DNA of 64,000 bases from an uncultured Candidatus Rokubacteria bacterium (GCA_963758635.1 CAVWWD010000008.1:896001-960000), one strand, 5' to 3'. Positions 40,374-51,257 are shown, numbered from the stretch's first letter. The notes: generated from the letters alone by a model not told the origin. Numbers and translations: made by a program.

Positions 40374-41705
40374 TCAGGAGCGGCGCGCGCGGTCGGTCAG
40401 GGCGCGCTCGACCTCGTCGGCCCACGCGACCGGCTCGCCGCGCTGCGCGCGGGCCTCGCGGATGAGCCGCAGGTTGCGCGCCGTCGTCTCCGCCTCCCAG
40501 GGCTCGCGCACGGCGGCGAGGGCGCGCCCGAGCGACGCGGACGCGGCGGCGCGGTCCTTGGCGAGCACGGCCAGCTCGAGCTGGGTGGCGAAGTCCCAGT
40601 AGTCGGGCCGCGTGGCGCCGATGCGGCGCTCCACCGCGTAGGCCACGACGGGAACGAGCCGCTCGCGCCGGGGATCGGGCGGGTTGCGGATCTCCATGAG
40701 CGTGACGGCGTTGATGCCGGGGTAGGCGTCGCGCGGATCGGCCTCGAAGCCCTTCACGTACGCGTCGATGGCCTTGTCGAGCAGCCCCTCGGCGAGGAAC
40801 GACTGTCCCTCCTTGCTCGCCGCCTCCCAGCGGTCCTTGTAGACGCGGCCGAGGATGCCGTAGGTCTCGCTGCTGGGGCCCTGCGCGTCCAGGAGCTGGA
40901 GCAGCACGCGCTCCGCCTCTTCCCCGCGTCCGGCCCGGTTCAGGGCGAGGGCGAGCTGCTCCTGCACCATCACGCTGCGCGCGAGGGGCTCGGCCATCTT
41001 CCGCGCCAGGGCCACCATCTCCTCCCACGCGCGGACCGCGCGGTAGGAGAGGAAGAGGTCGATGACCACGCCCGCCTCCTGGTCGTCGATGGGATGAAGC
41101 GAGGCCTCCACGGCGAGCACGGCGTCCGCGCCCTGCTTGCGCGCGTCGGCGAGCCTGGACTTCACCTCGTCGCGGTACCGCACGCGGTCCCGGAACACGT
41201 CGGTCTTGAGCCGCTGGATGTCCGGGAACCCGTCCACGAGCTGGTAGACGGGGCTGTCCGCGGCCATGTCGCGCGCGGCCCGGAGCCGGGTCGTGATCGC
41301 CGCGCGGTCCGCGTCGAGGCGCTCGGGGCGGCCGTCGGGGCCCAGCTTGTAGGGCACGGCCCGGAGGAGCCCCACGTCGAACGGCTGCTGGCCCACGCCG
41401 TCGGCGAAGAGGAGCAGCGTGGAGGCGGGCCGCACGGCGTGACGGACGCCCAGCTCGTAGAAGACGTTGGCGTTGGCCGCGGTGAGGTCCGCCACGGCGA
41501 ACTCGCACAGGATGAGGCGCTCGAACATGGGCTTGTGGATGATGCCGCCGGTCAGCTCCTGGTCGGCGCGGAGCGGCTCCAGCCCCGCCGCCTGCACCCC
41601 GGGGACGATGAGGTCCTGGTACACGACGTCGAAGTCCACGGTGACGCCGGACGGCGTCGGCTTGCGGCCGAAGGGCATCAGGACGAAGCAGAGCGGGCTC
41701 GCCAC
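40374..41705 (-). CDS. DUF4071 / MAP3K TRAF-binding-like protein: nucleoside deoxyribosyltransferase-like domain plus TPR-S
   Basis: CFVLMPFG, RAD, ADLTAANANVFYELGVRHA; LFLSYR, ALALNR, SETYGILGRVYKDRW, YPGINAVTL, DYWDFAT, WEAETTARNLRL. Confidence 0.85.
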   Translation of the reverse strand: MASPLCFVLMPFGRKPTPSGVTVDFDVVYQDLIVPGVQAAGLEPLRADQELTGGIIHKPMFERLILCEFAVADLTAANANVFYELGVRHAVRPASTLLLFADGVGQQPFDVGLLRAVPYKLGPDGRPERLDADRAAITTRLRAARDMAADSPVYQLVDGFPDIQRLKTDVFRDRVRYRDEVKSRLADARKQGADAVLAVEASLHPIDDQEAGVVIDLFLSYRAVRAWEEMVALARKMAEPLARSVMVQEQLALALNRAGRGEEAERVLLQLLDAQGPSSETYGILGRVYKDRWEAASKEGQSFLAEGLLDKAIDAYVKGFEADPRDAYPGINAVTLMEIRNPPDPRRERLVPVVAYAVERRIGATRPDYWDFATQLELAVLAKDRAAASASLGRALAAVREPWEAETTARNLRLIREARAQRGEPVAWADEVERALTDRARRS

Positions 41706-41812
41706 AGGGTGCAGTGTGGGTCATCGGTGGGGGACGTGCAAGGGCCGGGGCCGCGCAGGGCCTCTCGGACGAGTTGACACCCCGGGCGGCGGTCGCGTAA
41801 GTAGTGTCAACA

Positions 41813-42823
41813 ATGATCTCCGTGCGGCTCGTCCTCGGCCTCCTGCTCCTCGCCAGCCCCGCCTGGGCGCAGGGCGCCTTCACGCCCGACGCCGTCGACA
41901 TGGCGGCGGCGAAGAAGGAAGGCGCGGTGACCTGGTACACCTCGACGCCGGTCGAGGTGGCCCAGAAGATCGCCAACCTCTTCCAGGCGCAGACGGGCAT
42001 CAAGGTCGAGCTGTTCCGCTCCGGCGGCTCCGCGGTGCTGCGGCGGTTCATGCAGGAGATCGACGCCCGGCGCGTCATCGCCGACGTCATGACCATCTCC
42101 GATCCCGCCGCGGCCGGCGCATTGATCAAGCGCGACCTCCTCGTGCCGTTCCGGCCGAAGAACTTCGACAAGGTCAGGGAGGAGGTGAAGGACCCGAAGG
42201 GCTACCACGTCGCCCAGCGGCTGAACCTGGTGGGCATCGTGATCCGGACCGACAAGGGCGTCGAGCCGCCGAAGAACTGGACGGACCTGACGCACCCGCG
42301 CTTCAAGGGACAGATGGTGATGCCCGACCCCTCCTACACCGCGATCCAGCTCATGGTGGTCGGCACGCTCTCGAAGAAGTACGGCTGGGAGTTCTACCAG
42401 AAGCTCCGCGCCAACGACATCATGATCGTGCAAGGCCACCAGCAGGTGTCGGAGACGCTCACGCGGGGCGAGCGGCTCGTGGCCGCGGAGGGCGCCGACC
42501 AGTACGCGTGGACCGACCGGAAGGCCGGCCACAAGGTGCAGACGATCTACCCGGCGGACGGCGGCTTCGCCATCGCCGCGCCGACCGCGGTGATCAAGGG
42601 CGGGCCGCACCCGAACGCGGCGAAGGCCCTCGCCGAGTTCATGATCAGCGACACCGTCCAGAAGCTCTTCCCCGGCGAGGGCATCTACGCCGCGCGGTCG
42701 GACGTGGAGCCGCCCCCCGGCAATCCGCCGCTCGCCCAGATCAAGCTCCTCGCCGTGGACTACGACCAGATCGAGAAGGACGCCAAGGCGCTGAAGACGC
42801 GGTTCAACGAGATCTACCAGTGA
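41813..42823 (+). CDS. ABC transporter substrate-binding protein (Fe3+/polyamine/thiamine class)
   Basis: Signal peptide; AAKKEGAVTWYTS, PKNWTDL, PHPNAAKALAEF; TTGACA upstream. Confidence 0.9.
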   Translation: MISVRLVLGLLLLASPAWAQGAFTPDAVDMAAAKKEGAVTWYTSTPVEVAQKIANLFQAQTGIKVELFRSGGSAVLRRFMQEIDARRVIADVMTISDPAAAGALIKRDLLVPFRPKNFDKVREEVKDPKGYHVAQRLNLVGIVIRTDKGVEPPKNWTDLTHPRFKGQMVMPDPSYTAIQLMVVGTLSKKYGWEFYQKLRANDIMIVQGHQQVSETLTRGERLVAAEGADQYAWTDRKAGHKVQTIYPADGGFAIAAPTAVIKGGPHPNAAKALAEFMISDTVQKLFPGEGIYAARSDVEPPPGNPPLAQIKLLAVDYDQIEKDAKALKTRFNEIYQ

Positions 42824-42851
42824 CCGGTCGAAGGGTCAGAAGGAGACTCCG

Positions 42852-44347
42852 ATGAACCTCCTCGATCCCGAAGAGCTCGCCCGGCTCCTTCCCGCGGAAG
42901 AGCACGCCTACGCGTCGCCGATCCCGACGCAGAGCGTGTCGAGCGACGAGTTCATGCCCGGTCCCCAGACCACCGCCCAGCGCCGCGTCGAGGCCCGGAT
43001 CAAGGAGCTGGGCGGGGACCTCGCGCGCAAGCAGGGCATGACCCGGCGCCGGTTCCTGCAGACGGCCTCCGGCATGGCCGCCGCCTTCGTGGCCATGAAC
43101 GAGGTGTACGGCCGGCTCTTCGACGCGAGCCTGGCCGAGGCGCAGACGCCGGACATGGCCAAGGAGCGGGCGGCTGCGCTGTCCAAGCAGTTCGTGATGG
43201 ACTGCCACACCCACTTCCTGCGCGACGACACGCGGATCATGACGTTCGTCCGCCAGCGCGAGGCGGTGGGCAAGGCGGGCTGGAATCCGGCCCTCGTGGG
43301 CAAGGCCCAGACCATCGAGGACCTGAAGTTCGCGAACTACTTCAAGGAGGTGTTTCTCGACAGCGACACCAAGGTGGCGATGATCTCCGGCGCCCCCTCG
43401 GAACGTCACGCAGGACTGGTTCCTCACCAACGAGATGAAGGCGGAGGCGCGAGCCAAGGTCAACCGCGACGCGGGCTCCCGGCGCATGCTCGCCCACGCG
43501 ATCTTCACGCCGGGCCAGCCCGGCTGGCTCGAGGCCGTCGATCGCGCCATCGCCGAGCTCAAACCGGACTCCTTCAAGGGCTACACGATCGGCGACAACA
43601 CCCACAAGCAGACCAGCAAGTACCCATGGCGGATGGACGACGAGCAGGTCGCCTACAAGGCGTACGAGAAGTTTCAGAAGGCGGGGCTCGTCAACGTGTG
43701 CGTGCACAAGGGGCTGTTCCCGCCATCGGTGGAGAAGCAGTTCCCGCACCTCCTCGCCCACTCCGACGTGCGCGACGTCGCCAAGGCGGCGAAGGACTGG
43801 CCGCAGCTGAACTTCGTCATCTATCACTCCGCCTATCGCTTCCCCGGCGGGGGCCGTCCCGAGGACGCCTGGGAGCAGTTCGAGAAGACCGGACGCATCG
43901 AGTGGGTGACCGACCTCGCCGAGAGTCCCGGGCAAGCACGGCGTGACGAACGTCTACGCGGACCTGGGCCAGATCTTCGCCCAGAGCACGGTCGCGCATC
44001 CCCGGGTGTGCGCGGCGATGATGGGCCAGCTCGTCCGCGGGCTGGGGGCGGATCACGTGGTGTGGGGAACGGACGCCATCTGGACGGGCTCGCCGCAGTG
44101 GCAGATCGAGGCGCTCCGGAGGCTCGAGATCCCCGAGGACCTCCAGAAGAGCCACGGGCTCAGGCCGCTCGGGCCGGCCGATGGGCCGGTCAAGACGGCC
44201 ATCCTCGGCGAGAACAACGCGCGGCTCTACAAGTACGACCGCCGCGCGGCGCTCGACACGGACCGTCTCGCCGTGGCCAAGGCCGCGTACGAGAAGGAAG
44301 GGCCGGCGCGGTCGAACCTCCGCTACGGCTACGTCCTCAAGGGCTGA
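42852..44347 (+). CDS. amidohydrolase-2 family protein with an internal twin-arginine motif; frameshifts near 43405 and 43925
   Basis: SPIPTQSVSSDEF, MTRRRFLQTASGMAAAFVAM, DCHTHF, CVHKG, VIYHS, WGTDAIWTGSPQWQIEALRR, ILGENNARLY. Confidence 0.85.
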
Positions 44348-44378
44348 CGGGCTGCCGAGAGCGGCCCAGCCACCGGCT

Positions 44379-46088
44379 CTGATCCGACCTGATCGAGCGC
44401 ATCCGCTGAGACCGCGGCGGGTCGGGGTCGAGCACGTCGTCCTGGCGTGCTCGGCCCTGGCCCTCGTCCTCCTCGTCGTGCTGCCCCTGGCCTTCCTCGT
44501 GTGGGGCAGCCTGAGCGCCGACGGGCGTCCGACTCTCGAGCACTTCCGGGAGGCCCTGGGGAGCCGGCTCTACGTGCAGGCCCTCCGGAACTCGCTGGTG
44601 CTCGGCCTCTGGACGGCCGTGCTCAGCGTGGCCATCGGCCTGCCGCTGGCGTGGGCGGTCAGCCGCACCGACGTGCCGGGGCGGCGATTCGTGCACATGA
44701 CCGCGGTGGTGTCGTACGTGACGCCGCCCTACCTCACGGCGATCGCCTTCGTGAACCTGTTCAGCCCGAACGCGGGTCTGGTGAACCGCTTCCTTCGTGA
44801 TGTCGTCGGGCTGCCCGCGCTCACGTTCAACGTGTTCTCGATGTCGGGGCTCGTCCTGGTCACCGTGCTGCACACGTTCCCGTTCGTCTATCTGCTGGCG
44901 GCGAGCGCGCTGGAGTCCGTGGACGCGTCGATGGAGGAGTCCGCGCAGATCCTCGGCGCGGGGCGGTGGCGCACCGCGCTCGCCATCACCGGGCCGCTGG
45001 TGGCGCCGGCCATCCTGTCCGGCGCGCTCATCGCGTTCGTGAACGCGATCGCGCTGTTCGGCTCGCAGGCCATCATCGGGCTGCCCGGGCGCGTGTTCAC
45101 GCTGCCCACGCGCATCTACGCGCTCTTCGACTACCCGCCGCAGCACGGGCTCGCCTCCGCCATGTCGCTGGTCTTCGTGCTCATCACGGTGGTGGCGCTG
45201 TCGCTCCAGCGCGGCTACCTGGCGCGGCGCTCGTACGTGACGCTCGGCGGGAAGGGGAGCCGCCCGCGCCGGGTCGCCCTCGGCCCCGCGCGCTGGGGCG
45301 TCTTCGCGTTCTGCGTGGGCGTGTTCGTGGTCGCCGTGCTCGCCCCCTACGTCACGCTCCTCGCGGTGTCGGTCTCGAAGTCGTGGGGGCTCCAGTTCTG
45401 GCAGAACCTGACCCTCCAGCACTACCGGTTCGTGCTGATCGACTACGACGTCACGCGCCGGGCGATCGCCAACAGCCTGATCCTGGCCGCGGGCGCGGCC
45501 ACGCTGGCCGTGGCGCTGGGCGCGCTGATCGGCTGGATCGACCTCCGCACCGGGCTCCGCGGGCGGCGGCTCCTCGACTACGTGTCGCTGGTGCCGCTGG
45601 GGCTGCCCGGCATCGTGGTGGCGGTGGCGCTCATCCAGTTCTGGCTGCGCGTGCCGCTGCCGATCTACGGCACGCTCCTGATCATCCTGCTCGCCTACAC
45701 GGGGCGCTACGTGCCGCTCGGGGTGCGCTCCGCGAACGCGGCGTTCCGGCAGATCGACCCGTCGCTCGAGGAGACGGCGCGCGTCACCGGCGCGGGGTGG
45801 CTGCGCACCTTCCGGAGCGTGTCGCTGCCGCTGGCGCGCCCCGGGCTCTTCGCGGGCTGGCTCCTCGTGTTCGTGCCCGCGCTCCAGGAGCTGTCCGCGT
45901 CGATCCTGCTCTTCAGCTCGGGGTCGATCACGCTCGCCGTGGCGGTCTACAACCTGTACGAGACGGGCGCGCTCGAGCCGGTGGCGGCGCTGGCCATCGT
46001 GACGATGGTGATCATCGCTGCCGCGGTGGGCCTGGCCACGCGGCTGACCCGGCGGGCCGCCCCGGGCGAGGGGATGGTGGCGCAGTGA
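44379..46088 (+). CDS. ABC transporter permease (FbpB type, duplicated TM domain); start approximate
   Basis: Two EAA-like loops (DASMEESAQILGA, DPSLEETARVTGA); about 12 TM segments. Confidence 0.9.
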   Translation: MIRPDRAHPLRPRRVGVEHVVLACSALALVLLVVLPLAFLVWGSLSADGRPTLEHFREALGSRLYVQALRNSLVLGLWTAVLSVAIGLPLAWAVSRTDVPGRRFVHMTAVVSYVTPPYLTAIAFVNLFSPNAGLVNRFLRDVVGLPALTFNVFSMSGLVLVTVLHTFPFVYLLAASALESVDASMEESAQILGAGRWRTALAITGPLVAPAILSGALIAFVNAIALFGSQAIIGLPGRVFTLPTRIYALFDYPPQHGLASAMSLVFVLITVVALSLQRGYLARRSYVTLGGKGSRPRRVALGPARWGVFAFCVGVFVVAVLAPYVTLLAVSVSKSWGLQFWQNLTLQHYRFVLIDYDVTRRAIANSLILAAGAATLAVALGALIGWIDLRTGLRGRRLLDYVSLVPLGLPGIVVAVALIQFWLRVPLPIYGTLLIILLAYTGRYVPLGVRSANAAFRQIDPSLEETARVTGAGWLRTFRSVSLPLARPGLFAGWLLVFVPALQELSASILLFSSGSITLAVAVYNLYETGALEPVAALAIVTMVIIAAAVGLATRLTRRAAPGEGMVAQ

Positions 46089-46112
46089 GGCGGCGCGATC
46101 TCCGTCGAGGGC

Positions 46113-47165
46113 GTGACCAAGCGCTTCGGCGCGCTCACCGCGGTGCGACGCGTGAGCCTCGAGATCGCCGAGCGCGAGTTCGTGACGCTCCTGGGCCCGA
46201 GCGGCTGCGGAAAGACGACGCTGCTGCGGATGCTCGCCGGCTTCGTGGCGCCGGACGAGGGCGCGATCCGCGCCTCGGGCATGACCCTCTCCACGCCCGA
46301 GGCGATGGTGCCGCCGGAGCGCCGGGGCATGGGCATGGTCTTCCAGAACTACGCGGTGTGGCCGCACAAGACCGTGCACCAGAACGTGGCGTTCGGTCTG
46401 GAGGTCCGCCGGGTCGGGCGAGCGGAGGCGCGGGAGCGGGTGGGCCGCGTCCTGGAGATGGTCGGCCTCGGCGGCCTCGACGCGCGTTACCCCGGCCAGC
46501 TCAGCGGCGGCCAGCAGCAGCGAGTGGCGCTGGCGCGGAGCCTCGTGGTCGAGCCGGGCATCCTCCTGCTCGACGAGCCCCTGTCGAACCTGGACGCCAA
46601 GCTCCGCGAGCGCATGCGCTGGGAGCTGAAGGACCTCCAGCGCCGCACCGGCATCGTGTTCGTCTACGTCACCCACGACCAGTCCGAGGCCATGGCGCTG
46701 TCCGACCGGATCGCCGTGATGCACGAGGGCGAGCTCCGCCAGGTGGGCTCCCCGCGCGAGGTCTACACGCGCCCGGCGGACCGCACGGTGGCCGACTTCA
46801 TGGGCCTGGTGAACCTGGTCCCGGGCAAGGTGGTTCGCGCCGCGGAGGGGTTGGTCGAGGTGGCGGGCGCCCGCCTGGCTCTCGGGCTAGTGCCTGGGAT
46901 CGGGGACGGAGCCCGAGTCCAGGTCGCGATCCGACCGGAGAGCCTCGGGCTCGAAGCGCTGGTCGCTGGCGCGCCCACTCCGACCGGCGCCATGGCGGGT
47001 CAGGTGGTCGAGACGACCTTCCTGGGGAATCTCACCGACTGCCACGTAACTCTGGACGGCGGAACACGGATCCGCGTTCAGGGCAGACCCGGTGACATGT
47101 TCGCGCCGGGGCAGCGCGTGAGCGTGCGACCGGATTCGGAGGCGGTGACGGTCTTCCCAGGCTGA
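46113..47165 (+). CDS. ABC transporter ATP-binding protein with TOBE domain
   Basis: [32 protein letters not shown]. Confidence 0.95.
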   Translation: MTKRFGALTAVRRVSLEIAEREFVTLLGPSGCGKTTLLRMLAGFVAPDEGAIRASGMTLSTPEAMVPPERRGMGMVFQNYAVWPHKTVHQNVAFGLEVRRVGRAEARERVGRVLEMVGLGGLDARYPGQLSGGQQQRVALARSLVVEPGILLLDEPLSNLDAKLRERMRWELKDLQRRTGIVFVYVTHDQSEAMALSDRIAVMHEGELRQVGSPREVYTRPADRTVADFMGLVNLVPGKVVRAAEGLVEVAGARLALGLVPGIGDGARVQVAIRPESLGLEALVAGAPTPTGAMAGQVVETTFLGNLTDCHVTLDGGTRIRVQGRPGDMFAPGQRVSVRPDSEAVTVFPG

Positions 47166-47218
47166 ACGCGCCGGGTGAGCAGCCGACGAAGCCGGTCCGC
47201 TCCAGCCGGAAGTTAGAC
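47161..47218. mobile_element. attC-like integron cassette recombination site A
   Basis: GCTGAAC..GAGCAGCC..GGTCCGCTC..GTTAGAC; 58-bp imperfect palindrome with AAC/GTT ends. Confidence 0.65.
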
Positions 47219-47406
47219 TCAGCGGCGCGACCGCCAATGTCGGGGATTCCGGCGGCCATGCATAACCGCCAGGACGATGATCGCGTCGTCGAGGGAGCGA
47301 AAGTACACGCCGTATGGAAATCGAACGCACGAGCGCGCGTACGTGTCCCTCGCGCATCGAGAAGCTCCGCCTCGGCCTCGGGGCGAAATACAAGGCGTCG
47401 GGTCAC
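47219..47406 (-). pseudogene. RelE/ParE toxin, internally deleted and frameshifted
   Basis: N-terminal MTRRLVFRPEAEAELLDAR and C-terminal RFPYGVYFRSLDDAIIVLAVMHGRRNPRHWRSR in different frames; only 188 nt in total. Confidence 0.75.
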
Positions 47407-47630
47407 GCACCGCTCGCGAGCTTCCGCCGCACCTCTTCCCAGGGGATGGCACTGCCAGGATCTGCGAGATGTTGCTCCAGGCGTCGGTCGAGTTCCGCCT
47501 CCTGCTCCGGCGTCAAGGCGAGCTCCGCCTCACGATCCTCATCGGTGAGGCTGTCCCACAGCGCCATGGCAAGCTCGATGCGGTCCTTGGCCGGCAGCTG
47601 TAGAAGCGTAGCGAGGGTGTTCGACAACAT
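47403..47630 (-). CDS. addiction module antitoxin (TIGR02574 type)
   Basis: LQLPAKDRIELAMALWDSL, LTPEQEAELDRRL, AIPWEEVRRKL; GTGA overlap with the toxin start. Confidence 0.88.
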   Translation of the reverse strand: MLSNTLATLLQLPAKDRIELAMALWDSLTDEDREAELALTPEQEAELDRRLEQHLADPGSAIPWEEVRRKLASGA

Positions 47631-47677
47631 GCTTGATCCTCCCATGCCGTTCAGCTCTCCACAACCTCTCTCGCTGG

Positions 47678-47740
47678 GTCTAACGCCCGGTTCAGCGGCG
47701 CGCAGCTCGAGCGAGTCCGCTGAGGCACGGGAGGTTGGAC
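47678..47740. mobile_element. attC-like site B
   Basis: GTCTAAC..TCAGCGG..CCGCTGA..GTTGGAC; 63 bp. Confidence 0.7.
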
Positions 47741-48781
47741 GCTGCGATCGCCCACGCAGGACGACCGCGATGGTTCTTCAGCGATCGAGCCTCGCGTCTA
47801 CGTCCCGCTGTCGAGAGCGTGTGGGCCCCGATCGGAGACGGCCGAGTCCGTGGATCGGTCCACGGACGATCGTGCAGGGCGGCACGGAGCGCAGTGACTT
47901 GAGCCCGCACGAGCGTCGTCGCGGCCGTTGGCCACTCGATGAGCCGGCCAGCAGCGCTCGGTGCCACATGACCGTCCTACGAATCGTCACGCTCGGGCGA
48001 GCCGGGAACGTCGCATCGTCTTGGCGGCGGCCGAAGCTTCAGTCGCGAACCCGCGCACCGGTGATCCAGCGTGCGAGAGATCGTCGCACTCCCGAGCGCG
48101 AACGGACTACTGATTACCAGCGGCGGTCTCGAGACGCCATGACGCGTCCATGCTGGCCAAGGACGCCAGCCAGGACTCGTGCTGCATCGCCATGACGCGA
48201 GCCACCTTGCGGCCAACACGCGAATCGGCGGAGCGCCCGCTGACCAGTCCGGGACGAGCCCTCGACTGCCAGGCACGACGGTCGAACGTGACGTTCGCTG
48301 CCATAGTGGCCGGGAGACAGCCGCCTGCATCCGGTTGTCAAAGCCCACAACGCTCGGCACGCCGATGAGCCAAGAGCCGTGCCACGAGCAGGTACCACGG
48401 CCACGCACAGCTCGCTCGGCTCGGCGTGCCAGGTAGAAGGCCTACCGCCCGGTGCCGGTCTGGCACCATGTCCCGAAATCCGCGGCGCTACACCGTGTGC
48501 GCGGAGTCCATCGTCGCTCGTGTCGCCCTCCAGCGCTGGGCCATGCTCCGATGACAGCCGAAGTACTATTCGGTCCGGCGATACGCGGACCCGCGTAGCG
48601 ACCCAGACGCTGCAACGCGGAGCCGGGTAGTATCGGTCGCACCCCCCAGTCTGGGTTCTTGCAGTCCTGTGATTCCCACTCCTTACCGATCCTTGGCCGG
48701 GTCTCCCTGGCCGTGCTATCCAACGCGGGAAGGTCGTGTAGCGCGCCGGATATCCCGGTCGGGAGGGCGTGATTATCACGC

Positions 48782-48826
48782 GTCCAACATCCCGTCGAGC
48801 GGGCTGCTCACCCCGGCTGTTCCGGG
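48782..48826. mobile_element. degenerate attC-like site C
   Basis: GTCCAAC..GAGC..GCTC..GTTCCGG; GTCCAAC is the exact complement of the GTTGGAC of site B. Confidence 0.45.
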
Positions 48827-48885
48827 TCTCGGTCTCGTCCAGCAGGCGGTGTCGGCAGCGCCTGTCCGTCGTTCGCGGAGGAGGT

Positions 48886-51235
48886 TCATGTGGTGGCGCG
48901 TCCCGACCGGATCGCGCTCCACACGCGCTCGGGGGTGAGCGGCATGTCGAGGTGACGGACCCCCGCGGTACCCAGCGCGTCGTTGACGGCGTTCACCAGC
49001 GCCGGGAGCGCGCCCACCGTGCCGGCCTCGCCCACGCCCTTGGCGCCGAGCGGGTTGACCTGCGTCGGGCACCTCGTGGGAGTCCACGTCGAAGGCAGGC
49101 ATCTCGTCGGCGCGCGGCACCGCGTAGTCCATGAACGAGCCGGCCAGGAGCTGGCCCGTCTCGGGGTCGTAGACCAGGTCCTCGTAGAGCGCCTGGCCCA
49201 GGCCCTGGACCACGCCGCCATGGATCTGGCCCTTCACGAGCATGGGGTTCACCATGCGGCCCACGTCGTCCACCACGCTGTAGCGCTCGATCGTGATGGC
49301 GCCCGTGTCGGGGTCGATCTCCACCTCGCACACGTGGCAGCCGTTCGGGAACGTGACCGCGGGCGGCGTGAACGCGGCCGTGTCGGTGAAGCCCGGCTCC
49401 ATGCCGGCCGGGAGCTGGCGCGGCACGTACGCCGTGCGCGCCACCTGGCCCCACGAGACGCCCTTGTCCGTGCCGGCAACGGTGAAGCGCCCGTCGCGGA
49501 GGACAACGTCCCCCACCGCCGCCTCCATCATGTGCGCGGCGATCCGGCGGCCGCGCTCCACCGCGCGCTCCGTGGCCCGCAGGACCGCGGACCCGCCCAC
49601 GGTGAGCGCGCCGGAGCCGCCGTTGCCCCGGCCGGCGCCGAGCGAGTCGCTGTCGCCCCAGTGGACCTGGATGCGGTCGAGCGTCACGCCGAGGCGGTCG
49701 CTCAGGATCTGGGCGAAGGCGGTCTCGTTGCCCTGGCCCATCGACGTGGTGCCCGCGAAGAGCGAGACCGAGCCGTCGGGGTTGATGCAGATCGAGGCGG
49801 TGTCTGGGTTGACCGACGTGTACGGGCCGCCCGCCACCTCCACCGCGTTGGCGATGCCGATGCCGCGGAGCTTGCCACGCGCGCGGGCCTCCGTGCGGCG
49901 CTTCTCGAATCCCGCGTGGTCGCCGAGCCCCAGCGCCATGTCCATGCCGCGGCCGAAGTCGCCGCAGTCGTAGGTGAAGACGAGGCCGGTCTTGAACGGC
50001 ATCGCCGAGGGCGGAATGAGGTTCCGCCGCCGCAGCTCCAGGGCGTCGATCCCCAGCTCGCGCGCCGCCACCTCGATCACCCGCTCGATGGCGTAGGTCG
50101 CCTCGGGGCGCCCGGCGCCGCGATAGGGGCCGGTGGGCGTCATGTTGCTGAACACGCCGGTGGTCTGCACGTGGATCGCCGGGGTCGTGTAGACGCCCGC
50201 GAGCCCGCCCACGTTGTTGGTGCCGGGGCCGGCGCTCCGCGGCGTCATGTACGCGCCGATGTTGAGCGTGATCGCCACGCGCAGGGCGAGAAACTTCCCG
50301 TCCTTGTCGAGCGCCAGCTCCGCGGTGGAGACGTTGTCGCGCCCGTGCTCGTCGGTGACGAAGCCTTCGGTGCGGCCGGACGTCCACTTGACGGGTCGCC
50401 CGAGGCGGCGCGCGGCCCACAGCACCAGCACGGCCTCGGGGTAGGCGCCGCTCTTCATCCCGAAGCTGCCGCCGACCTCGCTCGTCACCACGCGGAGGCG
50501 GCTCTGCGGCACCTTGAAGACGGGCTCGGCGAGGAGCGCGCGCAGGCCGTGCGGTCCCTGGATGCCGGTATGGAGCGTGTAGCGGTCGGTGCGGCGGTCG
50601 TACTCGCCCACCGCGGCGCGGGGCTCCATGGGAGCGGCGGCCACGCGCGTCACGACGAAGTCCAGCTTCGTGACGTGGGCGGCGGCGGCGAAGGCCTTCG
50701 TCACCGCGTCCTTCGGGCCGGCTTCCCAGACGAAGGCCACGTTGTCGGGGGCGGCGTCCCACACCGGGCCCGTGCCCGGGCGGGTGGCCGCCACCGTGGA
50801 GGTGACGGCGGGGAGCGGCTCGTAGTCGACCCCGACCAGCTCGGCGGCGTCGGCCGCGTGCTCGCGCGTGTCGGCCACGACGAGGGCCACGGGATCCCCG
50901 ACGTGGCGGGCGCGGTCGCGCACCAGGGCGGGGCGTGGCGTGGCCGGCGATGGGGAGCCGTCGCGACGCTTTCGGCCGCCGTCACCGGGGAGGTTGCCGA
51001 GGCCGTCGGCCGCGTAGTCGGCGCCGGTCAGGACGGCGAGCACGCCGGGCGCGCTCCGCGCCGCGGCGGTGTCGATCGACACGATGCGCGCGTGCGCGTG
51101 GGGTGAGCGCACCACGACGGCATACGACTCGCGCGCCAGCGTCACGTCGTCCGAGTAGCGGCCGAGGCCCTGCACGAGACGGGGATCCTCCAGACGACGC
51201 GCCGACTGTCCCACCGCGTATTTCTCGACGATCAC
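48886..51235 (-). CDS. xanthine dehydrogenase family molybdopterin-binding large subunit (CoxL-like), second paralogue; frameshift near 49075
   Basis: [63 protein letters not shown]. Confidence 0.93.
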
Positions 51236-51257
51236 GAGTTGGGTCTCCTTTTGAGTT

